Source: Patescibacteria group bacterium UBA1400 (lineage in GTDB: Bacteria; Patescibacteriota; Microgenomatia; UBA1400). From it: DNA of 43,536 nt. How positions within the stretch are numbered: the first letter of the stretch is position 1; each line of letters begins with the position of its first letter. The DNA is taken from the NCBI GenBank assembly GCA_002305125.1, contig DBQG01000001.1:1-43536 (forward strand), read 5' to 3'. This document shows, piece after piece, positions 25,524 through 35,175 of this stretch. A program made the translations under genes and the position numbers. Under the pieces are notes generated by a model. That model did not search any database, was not told the origin of the DNA, and worked only from the letters and a program-made list of their open reading frames with translations.

Positions 25524-26204
25524 ATGAAAAAGTTAATATTAAGAGCAGATAAAAGACAGCTTTTAGGTCGAAAAGTTAAAGCCCTAAGAAAAGACGGTTT
25601 GTTGCCGGCTAATATTTATGGCAAGAAAATAAAATCTCAGGCGATTAAAGTTGCTGTTAAAGACTTCATGGAGATTTTTAAACAGGTTGGAGAAACAGGA
25701 GTAGTTGAAGTAAGTCTAGGTTCTGAAAAAACCCCCTATTCAGTTCTAATTCATAATTTACAAGTTGATCCTGTTTCAGGAGAGCCGTTGCATGCTGACT
25801 TGAGAAATATTGACTTGCTTGAAAAAGTAGAAGTAGCTATTCCGGTTGAGTTGGTCGGTGATGCTCCTGGTGTTACCAAGGGTGGAATTTTAGTTCAAGT
25901 AATGAATGAAGTTGAAGTGGAAGCTCTTCCCACGGACCTTCCTGATAAATTTGAAGTTGACATTTCTGGTCTAGAAGAAGCCGGTCAATCAATTTTGGTT
26001 AAAGATCTTAAAGTTAATAAAGATAAAATAAAAGTTTTGGCTGATGAAGAGCAAGTAATAACAAAGGTTGAAGCTCCAAAAGAAGAAAAAGAAGAAGTTC
26101 CAGCTGTGGCAGAAGCTCCTGAAACACCAGAGGGAGAAGCTAAGCCTGCAGAAGAAAAAGCAGAAGAAAAGCCTGAACAAAAAGAAGAACAACAGGAAAA
26201 ATAA
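25524..26204 (+). CDS. rplY: 50S ribosomal protein L25/Ctc-form with acidic C-terminal tail
   Basis: MKKLILRADKRQLLGRKVKALRKDGLLPANIYGK is the classic L25/Ctc N-terminus. The tail is E/K/P/A-rich and low in complexity. Confidence 0.9.
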   Translation: MKKLILRADKRQLLGRKVKALRKDGLLPANIYGKKIKSQAIKVAVKDFMEIFKQVGETGVVEVSLGSEKTPYSVLIHNLQVDPVSGEPLHADLRNIDLLEKVEVAIPVELVGDAPGVTKGGILVQVMNEVEVEALPTDLPDKFEVDISGLEEAGQSILVKDLKVNKDKIKVLADEEQVITKVEAPKEEKEEVPAVAEAPETPEGEAKPAEEKAEEKPEQKEEQQEK

Positions 26205-26251
26205 CTCTTAAGAACCCCTTTTTTTATTTTAGCTGTTAATTACTATTTGTT

Positions 26252-26848
26252 TTATTGACTTATAATACTTTTAATTGCAGTGGTAGTTTCACTGTTGGGA
26301 TCAAGATAAAAAGCAGCATTCCAAGCCTTTAAGGCCTCTTCATCTTTATAAGTTTGCCAATAAGCAAGGGATAGTCGGTAATAAATATCTTTAGCAAATG
26401 GTTTAGCCTTTAAAACTAACTGATAACTGTTTATTTGTTGATTTATTTGCTCTGGCTTGTTTACTATGTTATGACATAAACTGATTAAAGCCTGATTTTG
26501 TTTTTTAAAGTCAAAAATAGAAAAAAGATTAGCCAGGGCTTGAACACGGTGAACTTCTTTTAGGGCCAAATCAAAGTAGCCGTTGCTAAAAAACTGCTCG
26601 GTAAGAAGAACGTGTTTTTTTAAAGACAACGGTTGTCTGGCCGATTCAAGCAAAGCATTTTTAAAACCTCCTCTTGGAATTAAAAAAGCAGTAAGCTGAA
26701 TTATAAAAATAAACATAAGTAAGGAAAATTTTATATTAGTTAAGTTAAACCACCTTTGAGCAATGCAAAGAAAAAAGTTGTCAGTTGTTTTTGCGGCAAC
26801 TAACTTTTTACTGGTAGTTTTAATGATAATCCTTTTATAAAAACCCAT
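26252..26848 (-). CDS. membrane-anchored TPR-like hypothetical protein
   Basis: TM helix LLMFIFIIQLTAFLI, and a C-terminal YRLSLAYWQTYKDEEALKAWNAAFYLDPNS TPR-like repeat. Start codon uncertain. Confidence 0.5.
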   Translation of the reverse strand: MGFYKRIIIKTTSKKLVAAKTTDNFFLCIAQRWFNLTNIKFSLLMFIFIIQLTAFLIPRGGFKNALLESARQPLSLKKHVLLTEQFFSNGYFDLALKEVHRVQALANLFSIFDFKKQNQALISLCHNIVNKPEQINQQINSYQLVLKAKPFAKDIYYRLSLAYWQTYKDEEALKAWNAAFYLDPNSETTTAIKSIISQ

Positions 26849-27108
26849 ATGTGTTTATGTTTTATTAATAAAAGTTTTTAATATAAATGATTTAATCATA
26901 ATATAAACTAACTGTTTAAGTAATTAAACCCCAAATATTTTAACATTCGGTCTTTATTGTTATAACAAAAATTTTTCATAACAGGGTTAGAACCAAAAAA
27001 AGATAGTAAAAAACTATTGGACTAGTTGATATATTAGTTAAAAGTTAAGGTTTGTAAAAAATTTAGTTATTTAAGGTTCTCAAAATTAGAAATAAATATT
27101 TTAGTCAG

Positions 27109-29373
27109 TTATTTTTTAGGCCAGAAAGAAGAGGCTAATAATCCTTTAGCTTGAGGAAATTGTTGCCAAATAGTTTCCGTTACAAACGGCATAAAGGGAT
27201 GAAGAAGCTTGAGGCTGGTTAAGTAAACATGAGTTAAAACCGCTAAGACTACGGGATCTTTTTCTTCCAGCCTTTTTTTAGAAGCTTCTAAATATTTATC
27301 AGCAAATTCATGCCACAAAAATTGGTAAATGAGTTCTCCGGCTAAAGAAAACTTATAGTTTTCTAAATGCTCAGTTATTTTTGAAATAATTTTCTCCAAA
27401 CCGCCTATAATAGATTTGTCTTCTTTTTTAAGACCCTTAAGGGTCGGATGATATAAAGGAATTTTTTTGTTTGTTTTTTCCAAATTTAAAAATATAAATC
27501 TGCCTATATTCCAAACTTTATTAGCAAAGTTACGGTATCCTTTTATTTTGTCATCACCAACAGAAACATCATTGCCCGGAGAGGCACCAACAATTAAGGC
27601 CATTCTTAGAGCATCGGCCCCATGTTGGCTTATTACTTTTAAAGGATCAACAACATTTCCCTTGGACTTGCTCATTTTTTCTCCAAAAGCATCTCTAACC
27701 AAACCGTGAAGATAAACAGTGTGAAAGGGAGGCATTTTTGTTTGAAACAAGCTAAGCATAATCATTTTAGCTACCCAGATAGGTAGGATTTCATAACCCG
27801 TTTCCATAACCGAGGTTGGATACCAGTATTTATAATCAGATCCGTTAGGATAACCAAGGGCGTTATGGGCCCATTGGCCTGAAGAAAACCAGGTATCAAA
27901 AGTGTCGGGGTCTTGAATAATGGTAGTTTTTTTACCACACTTATCGCATTTTTTAGGTTTATTAATCGTGACCATGGTGTGTCCACACCCTTGTTTTTTT
28001 TGGGCTAATTTAGGATTCATTTGTTTTTGTAAAGAAGACAGGCCGTTGGAGCCGCAATACCAGATAGGTAGCCTGTGTCCCCACCACAACTGTCTGGAGA
28101 CGCACCAATCATGAAGGTTGTTCATCCAGTCAAGATAGTTTTTCTTAAATCTTTTGGGAAGGATTTTAACTAACTTATTTTTGACAGGTAAGCTGCCAAA
28201 CTCTTTTAAAGCGGCTTTGTCAGTTTTTAATAAATTTTTTAAATCTTTAGTTTTTATATTTATTTTTTTAGTGGTAGAAATAAACCATTGCCGGGAAACC
28301 ATGGGTTCAATAATGGTTTTGCAGCGCTCACAGTGCCCTACTGAGTGAAGATAAGCTCTTTCTTTAATGAGAAGATTTTTTCTATTTAAATATTCTATAA
28401 TTTTGGCTCTTGCATCATTTGCCTTAAGACCGATATATGAACCGGCGTTTTTATTCATTCTGTTGTTAAAATCAATAACGGAAATAACTTTTAATTGATG
28501 TTTTTCTCCTACTTTCCAGTCATCAGAATCATGGGCAGGAGTAACTTTAACCACACCCGTGCCAAATTCAGGATCAACATAGTTGTCTGCTATTACCGGG
28601 ATTTCTCTTTTAACTATTGGTAGCTTGATTGTTTGTCCGATAAATTTTTGATAACGGGTATCTTCAGGATTAACAGCCACAGCTGTATCTCCCATCATGG
28701 TTTCTGGTCTAGTGGTTGCTACTACTAAAAATCTTTGTTGTCCAGTAATCTGAGCCTTATCTTTCAGGGGGTACTTAATATACCAGAGCTTGCTTTTAAT
28801 TTCTTTATACTCTACTTCCAGATCAGACAGGGCGGTCATGCAGCGAGGACACCAGTTTATTAACCTTGTTCCCCGATAAGCCAAGCCTTCTTTATATAGT
28901 TTGATAAAAGTTAGTAATACCTGTTTAGAGACGTCTTTGTCCAAAGTAAATTTTTCTCTGGTCCAATCACAGGACGTACCCAATTTTTTAAACTGATCAT
29001 ACATTATTTCTTTGTTTTTTAAAGTAAAGCAAAGACATTCTTTAAAAAATTTTTTTCTACCCAGATCAAATCTTGTTTTTCCTTCTTTGGCTAGTTTTTT
29101 TTCAAAAACTACCTGGGTTAAGATGCCGGCGTGGTCAGCTCCCGGCAAAAGGAGAACTGATAGTCCTTTCATTCTTTGAAATCGGGCTAAAATATCTTCT
29201 ACGGTTAAAAACATGGCATGTCCGATATGAAGAGGAGCATTGGCATTGGGGGGAGGCATAACAATGCAAAAAGGCTGCTTTTTTTTGTCTTTAATAGCAG
29301 TAAAAACCTTATTTTTTTCCCAAAGGTTATAAATATCTTGTTCAAAAGCTTGTGGCTGGTAACGTTTATTCAT
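27109..29373 (-). CDS. valS: valine--tRNA ligase (short, no C-terminal coiled-coil extension)
   Basis: Class I motifs PPPNANAPLHIGHA (HIGH) and KMSKSKGN (KMSKS), with the ValRS-type N-terminus MNKRYQPQAFEQDIYNLWEKNKVF. 754 aa. Confidence 0.95.
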   Translation of the reverse strand: MNKRYQPQAFEQDIYNLWEKNKVFTAIKDKKKQPFCIVMPPPNANAPLHIGHAMFLTVEDILARFQRMKGLSVLLLPGADHAGILTQVVFEKKLAKEGKTRFDLGRKKFFKECLCFTLKNKEIMYDQFKKLGTSCDWTREKFTLDKDVSKQVLLTFIKLYKEGLAYRGTRLINWCPRCMTALSDLEVEYKEIKSKLWYIKYPLKDKAQITGQQRFLVVATTRPETMMGDTAVAVNPEDTRYQKFIGQTIKLPIVKREIPVIADNYVDPEFGTGVVKVTPAHDSDDWKVGEKHQLKVISVIDFNNRMNKNAGSYIGLKANDARAKIIEYLNRKNLLIKERAYLHSVGHCERCKTIIEPMVSRQWFISTTKKINIKTKDLKNLLKTDKAALKEFGSLPVKNKLVKILPKRFKKNYLDWMNNLHDWCVSRQLWWGHRLPIWYCGSNGLSSLQKQMNPKLAQKKQGCGHTMVTINKPKKCDKCGKKTTIIQDPDTFDTWFSSGQWAHNALGYPNGSDYKYWYPTSVMETGYEILPIWVAKMIMLSLFQTKMPPFHTVYLHGLVRDAFGEKMSKSKGNVVDPLKVISQHGADALRMALIVGASPGNDVSVGDDKIKGYRNFANKVWNIGRFIFLNLEKTNKKIPLYHPTLKGLKKEDKSIIGGLEKIISKITEHLENYKFSLAGELIYQFLWHEFADKYLEASKKRLEEKDPVVLAVLTHVYLTSLKLLHPFMPFVTETIWQQFPQAKGLLASSFWPKK

Positions 29374-29639
29374 ACAAAAAAGCAGGTTTCATTAAAAAAT
29401 CCCCATAGGGAATACTTATCTTTATTTTACCTTAAAAGAGAAAACTTTCCAAGTTATAAACGATGTTTTAAGAATGCTTTCTCTCTAATTTTAGATTTTG
29501 CTTTATTGTTTCTGCGTGAAGAAGTTCAAAAACATTATTAAACTAATCAGATAAGGGAGGTTTTTATGGGTTGTAAAATTTTTAGGCTTATTTGCTCTTT
29601 TTTAAAGTTTAATTTTTGAAAAATGTTAAAATTAACTAT

Positions 29640-30278
29640 ATGAAAATTGAAGTTTTACCGGTTGGTCAGTTAAGGGCCAATTGCTATCTTGTTTATGATA
29701 ATAAAGGAAAATGTTTTATTATTGATCCTGGAGATGATGCTGAGTTTATAATAAACAGGATTAAAGATCTTGATTTATTGCCAAAGGCAGTTCTTGCTAC
29801 CCATGGGCATTTTGATCATGTTTTAGGAGCAGTTGAGCTTCAACTGGGTTTTAATGTTCCTTTTTATATTCATAAACAAGATGCTTCGCTTGTAAAACGT
29901 GCTTCCAAAACAGCCAAGTTTTTTTTAGGAACAAATTTAGGTCCTAGTCCGGAGCCAGATGGTTTTTTTTCCCAAGAAGAATTGAATTTATCTGATTTTA
30001 AACTTCAAGTACTTCATACCCCCGGACATACTCCCGGTGGAGTTAGTTTTTACTGTGTCAAACAAAGCTTAGTTTTTGTCGGTGATCTTCTTTTTGCCCA
30101 GGGAGGATATGGTCGGACTGACCTTGCCGGTGGAAATTATATGTTATTGCAAAAATCAATTAAAAAGATTCTTTCTTTGCCTGATCAAACCATTATTTAT
30201 CCAGGACATGGTGAGGTTACCAGCGTTGGTCAGGAAAAAGAGTTTTGGAATAATAACAATCAGGATCTGCTGGTATAA
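29640..30278 (+). CDS. MBL-fold metallo-hydrolase (glyoxalase II-like)
   Basis: Trimmed to ATG 29640 (MKIEVLPVG...). Contains ATHGHFDHVLGA (HxHxDH), HTPGHTPGG and YPGHG. Confidence 0.85.
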   Translation: MKIEVLPVGQLRANCYLVYDNKGKCFIIDPGDDAEFIINRIKDLDLLPKAVLATHGHFDHVLGAVELQLGFNVPFYIHKQDASLVKRASKTAKFFLGTNLGPSPEPDGFFSQEELNLSDFKLQVLHTPGHTPGGVSFYCVKQSLVFVGDLLFAQGGYGRTDLAGGNYMLLQKSIKKILSLPDQTIIYPGHGEVTSVGQEKEFWNNNNQDLLV

Positions 30279-30337
30279 TATTATTTGCTTTAAGCAGGCA
30301 GTAGCTTTTATAAAATATTTTTATTTTTCAACTTGTT

Positions 30338-32326
30338 ATGGATAAATTTAAATTAGTTTCTTCTTATAAGCCTAAAGGAGACCAGCCGGAGGCAATTAAC
30401 AAGCTAATTGCCGGTCTTAAAAATAATCACAACCATCAGGTTTTGCTGGGGGTAACCGGCAGCGGCAAGACTTTTACAATTGCCAATGTAATAGAAAAGA
30501 CTCAGCTGCCGACTCTGATTATTTCTCATAACAAAACCCTGGCAGCTCAACTTTATCAAGAGGTTAAAGAGTTTTTTCCTCATAGTCCGGTTTCCTACTT
30601 TGTTTCTTACTATGATTATTATCAGCCTGAAGCTTATCTACCCTCATCTGACACTTATATTGCCAAAGAAGTGGATATTAACCCCCTTATAGATCAGTTA
30701 AGACTACAGGCTACAGCCAATATTTTTTCTTACCCAAGAAGCATTGTTATAGCCTCTGTTTCCTGTATTTATAATATCGGTGCCCCTCAGACTTATCAGG
30801 AAAAGACTTTTTTGCTTAAAAAAGGAGCTAAGGGAAGTCTGAATGCTTCACAGGAAAAACTAGTAGATCTTTACTATCAAAAAGCTTTAACTGATTTTAC
30901 TTCAGGTACTTTTAGGCAAAGAGGTGAGCGGTTGGATATTTTCCTGCCTTATTTTGAGGACAAGGTTTTAAGAGTGTTTTTTGCCAAAGACCAGGTGGTT
31001 AAGCTTGAACTGCAAAGTATTGTTTCCGGAAAACTGGAAGAAAAAGAGAGCTTTGCTGTTTATCCGGCAAAGCATTATTTAACAGGCTTTGATAATTTAG
31101 ACAGTATTTTTACGGCTATTAAAAAAGAAGTAGAAGAGCAGGTTAAGTTTTTTAAAGACCAGGGAAGGGAAATAGAAGCTTACAGAATTGAAAAAAAAGT
31201 TAATTATGATTTACAGATGATTTCTCAAACAGGCTATGTTAATGGAATTGAAAATTACTCCCGCTACTTTGATGGCCGGGCACCTGGGGAGGCTCCTTAC
31301 TCTTTGGTTGATTATTTTAAATTTAAATTTGGAAATGATTTTTTAGTTGTTTTGGACGAGTCTCATGTTACCATTCCTCAGATAAGAGGAATGTATAATG
31401 GAGATGAAGCTAGAAAAAAGATTTTAATTGACTTTGGTTTCCGGCTGCCTTCAGCTTTAGATAACAGGCCTTTAAAGTTTGCTGAGTTTATGGCTAGAGT
31501 TCCTCGGGCTATTTATGTCTCTGCCACTCCCACAGATTGGGAAAAGGAAAAAAGCCAGGGAAGAGTTATAGAGCAGGTTATAAGACCCACTGGTCTTATT
31601 GATCCGCCGATAACTGTAAAACCAGCAGAAAACCAAATTGTTGATTTGATTAAACAAATAAAAAAGAAAAAGCAAAAAGGCCAAAGAGTATTAGTAGTAA
31701 CCTTAACTAAAAGGTTAGCAGAAGACTTAGCGTCTTACTTGTCTGATTCTAATAAGACCGGTACCAGCCTTAAAGTTACTTATCTTCACGCAGAAATAGA
31801 TACCTTAAAAAGATCAGATGTATTGGCTGATTTAAGGTCAGGAAACTTTGATGTTCTGGTGGGAATAAATTTACTCAGAGAAGGGCTGGATCTTCCTGAA
31901 GTGGGATTGGTAGCTATTCTAGAGGCGGATAAACAAGGATTCCTGCGTTCAAAAACAAGTTTAATTCAGATTATGGGCAGGGCGGCCAGAAATATAGCAG
32001 GAGAGGTTATTTTATATGCTGATCAAAAGTCCTTAGCTATGAAACAGGCGATGGCCGAAGTGGAAAGGCGGAGAGAAAAGCAATTGACCTATAATAAAAA
32101 ACATAATATTACTCCTGAGTCTATTAAAAAGGCCATAAGGCCAAGAATTATTGAAGAAGAAAAAGAAGAAGAAGAAAAGCCTGATTTGGCCCAGCTTACA
32201 CCCCAAGAAAGAAGAAACTTGCAAAAAGACTTGGAGAAAAAAATGAGGCAGGCAGCCAGGGATCTTGATTTTGAACTGGCCGCCAAACTTAGGGACAAGA
32301 TTGATATTGTGAAAGATTATAGTTAA
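30338..32326 (+). CDS. uvrB: excinuclease ABC subunit B
   Basis: LLGVTGSGKTFTIANVI, VSYYDYYQPEAY, and the C-terminal UVR motif ARDLDFELAAKLRDKI. Confidence 0.97.
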   Translation: MDKFKLVSSYKPKGDQPEAINKLIAGLKNNHNHQVLLGVTGSGKTFTIANVIEKTQLPTLIISHNKTLAAQLYQEVKEFFPHSPVSYFVSYYDYYQPEAYLPSSDTYIAKEVDINPLIDQLRLQATANIFSYPRSIVIASVSCIYNIGAPQTYQEKTFLLKKGAKGSLNASQEKLVDLYYQKALTDFTSGTFRQRGERLDIFLPYFEDKVLRVFFAKDQVVKLELQSIVSGKLEEKESFAVYPAKHYLTGFDNLDSIFTAIKKEVEEQVKFFKDQGREIEAYRIEKKVNYDLQMISQTGYVNGIENYSRYFDGRAPGEAPYSLVDYFKFKFGNDFLVVLDESHVTIPQIRGMYNGDEARKKILIDFGFRLPSALDNRPLKFAEFMARVPRAIYVSATPTDWEKEKSQGRVIEQVIRPTGLIDPPITVKPAENQIVDLIKQIKKKKQKGQRVLVVTLTKRLAEDLASYLSDSNKTGTSLKVTYLHAEIDTLKRSDVLADLRSGNFDVLVGINLLREGLDLPEVGLVAILEADKQGFLRSKTSLIQIMGRAARNIAGEVILYADQKSLAMKQAMAEVERRREKQLTYNKKHNITPESIKKAIRPRIIEEEKEEEEKPDLAQLTPQERRNLQKDLEKKMRQAARDLDFELAAKLRDKIDIVKDYS

Positions 32327-32514
32327 TTTTTTAGAGCTTTTCGACTGGTTTCTTAGCTTTTAAAATGTTATAATCTTTAGGCCATAAATGAAGTGTTCAT
32401 TTTTCATTGACGGCGGTTTTCTAGTGGTAGCGTTTACCTCGTTTTCTCTTTTGGTAATGTAAAAATTTATGATTTTAATTAATCTATTTTTAATTTAAAT
32501 AAGTGGGGAAAGTT

Positions 32515-35175
32515 ATGGACAAGATAATCATTAAGGGTGCCAGAGAACATAATCTTAAAGATGTTAATCTGGAGATTCCTAAAGGCAAGTTGGTGGTATT
32601 TACCGGCGTTTCCGGTTCAGGAAAATCCTCCTTGGCCTTTGATACTTTGTATGCTGAGGGTCAAAGACGGTATGTGGAAAGCCTATCTTCTTATGCCCGG
32701 CAGTTTTTACAGACTTCAGGCAGGCCTGACGTCGATTATATTGAAGGTTTATCACCCTCTATTGCTATTGATCAGAAAAGCATTTCTTCCAATCCCCGGT
32801 CTACCGTAGGAACGGTGACGGAAATTTATGATTATCTGCGCCTACTTTTTGCCCGTATTGGTCATCCTCATTGCCCTCAGTGTGGAAATGAGATTTCTCA
32901 GCAGTCAATTCAGGAAATAGTAAACCTTGTTTGGGAAGAGGTAAAACAGGAAGTTTTGCAGTCTGGAGTAGTCAAAATTTACTTTTTATCTCCTGTTATC
33001 AGATCAAGGAAAGGCAGTTTTGAACAGTTATTTTTAAGTTTGAAAAAACAGGGTTATGAGCGAGCCAGGGTAGATAATTTTTTGGTTAATCTCAACAAAG
33101 AAATTAACCTTTTAAAAAATAACAAACATACAATTGAAGCAGTTACTGACAGATTAATGGTAAGGTCTTCTGACTTAAAAAAGGAAAAAGAGCTGAAGTC
33201 AAGATTTTTTGAGGCTGCAAGACAGGCCTTGACTTTATCTGATGGTTTTTTAATTTTAAGCAGAGTAATAGATCCGGGCTTTACCTTAACGGACAGTCCT
33301 AAAAGTTGGCATGATAAACTTTTCTCAGAACACTATGCTTGCCCCAAATGTAACATTTCTGTTCATCAGCTTCAGCCCAATTCTTTTTCTTTTAACTCTC
33401 CTATTGGTGCCTGCATTGAGTGTAAAGGTTTGGGGGTAAAGTTAAGCATTGACAGGAGCAGGATGCCTGAATGGCGGGCACAAAAGTTTGAAAGCCGTTA
33501 CTACTCTACTTCTTCTGAATATATAAGGAAAGAGATAGAAAAAATGATGATTAAAAAAATATGTCCTCTTTGCCGGGGAGCTAGATTAAAGCAGGAGATG
33601 TTGTCAGTAACTGTAAATGGTAAAAATATTCATGAGATTACCTTAATGCCTTTGGCTAAACTTGAAAATTGGTTTATTAATTTGCCTAAAAATTTGACGT
33701 CAGAAAAGGAAAAAAAGATAAGCCAGCCGATTTTAAAAGAGATTCAAACTAGACTTAAATTTTTATTGGCGGTTGGTCTTGATTATTTAGATCTTGCTCG
33801 GAATGCTGGAAGCTTGTCAACCGGAGAAGGGCAAAGAATCAGGCTGGCTAGTCAAATAGGTACGGGATTAACAGGAGTATTATATATTTTGGACGAACCG
33901 ACCGTTGGTCTTCATCCCCGCGATAACCAAAGATTGATAAAGACCTTAAAAAGACTACGTGATATTGGAAATAATCCAATTATCATTGAACATGACATTG
34001 AGGTTATGGCTGAAGCTGATTGGATTGTTGATTTTGGCCCTTTAGCCGGGAAAAAGGGAGGTCAGGTCGTTGCCCAAGGAAAACTGGAACAGCTTAAAAA
34101 AGATAAGAATTCTTTAACTGGCATGTATCTTTCTGGGGAAAAAAAGATTCCTGTTTATCCTAAGAAAAAAAACTTTGATCGTTGGTTAAGGATTATGGGT
34201 GCCAGTCAGTATAACCTTAAACAGGTTAATTTGGAGTTTCCCCTAAACAGTCTGGTTTGTATTACCGGCGTTTCCGGTTCGGGTAAATCTACTCTGGTTG
34301 AAGAGATTTTATACAGGGCTTTAAAAAAGTATTTTAATCCTGAATTTGACGAAGAAGTGGGAAGTTTTGCCAACCTTTTCGGAGCAGAAAATTTAGATAG
34401 GGTTTTATTGGTTGATCAAAGCCCCATCGGAAAAACCTCAAGATCTAATCCGGCTACTTATATTTCGGTATTTACTGAGATAAGAGATTTATTTTCCCAA
34501 ACCAAAGAGGCGAAGCTTAAAGGTTTTGATAAAACTTTTTTCTCTTTTAACACTAAAGGGGGCCGTTGCGAAGCTTGTCAAGGTCAGGGTGAGATTAAAA
34601 TAGAGATGCAGTTTTTGTCAGACCTTTGGGTTAAATGTGATGTTTGTTCTGGTTTCCGTTTTATTGACGAGGTGTTGGATATAACCTGGAAAGATAAAAA
34701 TATTTATGAAGTATTACAACTTACTGTAGAAGAGGGTTTGGAATTTTTTAAGGATATGCCTAGAATAAAAAGCAAACTGGAGAAATTAAAAGAGATAGGT
34801 CTTGACTATTTAACTTTGGGCCAGCCTTCGCCGACCCTATCCGGAGGTGAATCTCAAAGATTAAAACTGGCTAGAGAATTGGTTAAGCCTAGTCAAGGAA
34901 GCACTATTTATATTTTAGATGAACCGACCGTTGGTCTCCATTTTCATGATTTAAACAAACTACTTTTAATTTTAAAAAAGTTAATTGAAAAAGGAAACAG
35001 CATTGTTATTATTGAACACAACCTTGATATTATTAAAAACGCTGATTGGTTGGTTGATTTAGGACCCGAAGGGGGAGATAGGGGTGGAGAGATTGTGGCT
35101 CAGGGAAGACCTGAGGAGATTTTAGACAACACCAGATCCTATACAGTTAGTTTTTTAAAAGATTATTTAAAATGA
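32515..35175 (+). CDS. uvrA: excinuclease ABC subunit A
   Basis: ATG 32515 is preferred over GTG 32503 (SD GGGGA 5 nt upstream). Two ABC modules ([12 protein letters not shown] and [11 protein letters not shown]) and zinc modules CPQCG, CPKC and CEACQGQG. Confidence 0.97.
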   Translation: MDKIIIKGAREHNLKDVNLEIPKGKLVVFTGVSGSGKSSLAFDTLYAEGQRRYVESLSSYARQFLQTSGRPDVDYIEGLSPSIAIDQKSISSNPRSTVGTVTEIYDYLRLLFARIGHPHCPQCGNEISQQSIQEIVNLVWEEVKQEVLQSGVVKIYFLSPVIRSRKGSFEQLFLSLKKQGYERARVDNFLVNLNKEINLLKNNKHTIEAVTDRLMVRSSDLKKEKELKSRFFEAARQALTLSDGFLILSRVIDPGFTLTDSPKSWHDKLFSEHYACPKCNISVHQLQPNSFSFNSPIGACIECKGLGVKLSIDRSRMPEWRAQKFESRYYSTSSEYIRKEIEKMMIKKICPLCRGARLKQEMLSVTVNGKNIHEITLMPLAKLENWFINLPKNLTSEKEKKISQPILKEIQTRLKFLLAVGLDYLDLARNAGSLSTGEGQRIRLASQIGTGLTGVLYILDEPTVGLHPRDNQRLIKTLKRLRDIGNNPIIIEHDIEVMAEADWIVDFGPLAGKKGGQVVAQGKLEQLKKDKNSLTGMYLSGEKKIPVYPKKKNFDRWLRIMGASQYNLKQVNLEFPLNSLVCITGVSGSGKSTLVEEILYRALKKYFNPEFDEEVGSFANLFGAENLDRVLLVDQSPIGKTSRSNPATYISVFTEIRDLFSQTKEAKLKGFDKTFFSFNTKGGRCEACQGQGEIKIEMQFLSDLWVKCDVCSGFRFIDEVLDITWKDKNIYEVLQLTVEEGLEFFKDMPRIKSKLEKLKEIGLDYLTLGQPSPTLSGGESQRLKLARELVKPSQGSTIYILDEPTVGLHFHDLNKLLLILKKLIEKGNSIVIIEHNLDIIKNADWLVDLGPEGGDRGGEIVAQGRPEEILDNTRSYTVSFLKDYLK

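Noticed and set aside
26849-27108. 260-bp AT-rich non-coding gap with a perfect 12-bp palindrome TTGTTATAACAA (26957-26968)
   Set aside because: No tRNA or ncRNA-like conserved structure, no T-tailed hairpin and no ORF. Short palindromes are expected by chance in such AT-rich DNA. It is probably just the valS 3' region plus the promoter of the TPR-like gene.
29374-29565. T-box riboswitch or attenuator upstream of valS (minus strand)
   Set aside because: The conserved T-box sequence (…GGUGGNACCGCG-like) is absent. There is only a weak 4-bp CCC/GGG hairpin at ~29400-29415, which is not a convincing terminator. ORFs 29073..29261 and 29218..29541 here are antisense or spacer artefacts.
30076-32809. 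Track ORFs 30076..30345, 31472..31684, 32033..32224, 32089..32298 and 32537..32809
   Set aside because: These are out-of-frame or antisense overlaps of the MBL hydrolase, uvrB and uvrA genes. They carry no independent signals.
32600-34280. Identical 19-mers TTACCGGCGTTTCCGGTTC at 32600-32618 and 34262-34280, with similar GAACCGACCGTTGGTCT near 33893 and 34923
   Set aside because: These encode the Walker A and Walker B segments of the two ABC modules of UvrA. This is an internal domain duplication, not a mobile or regulatory repeat.
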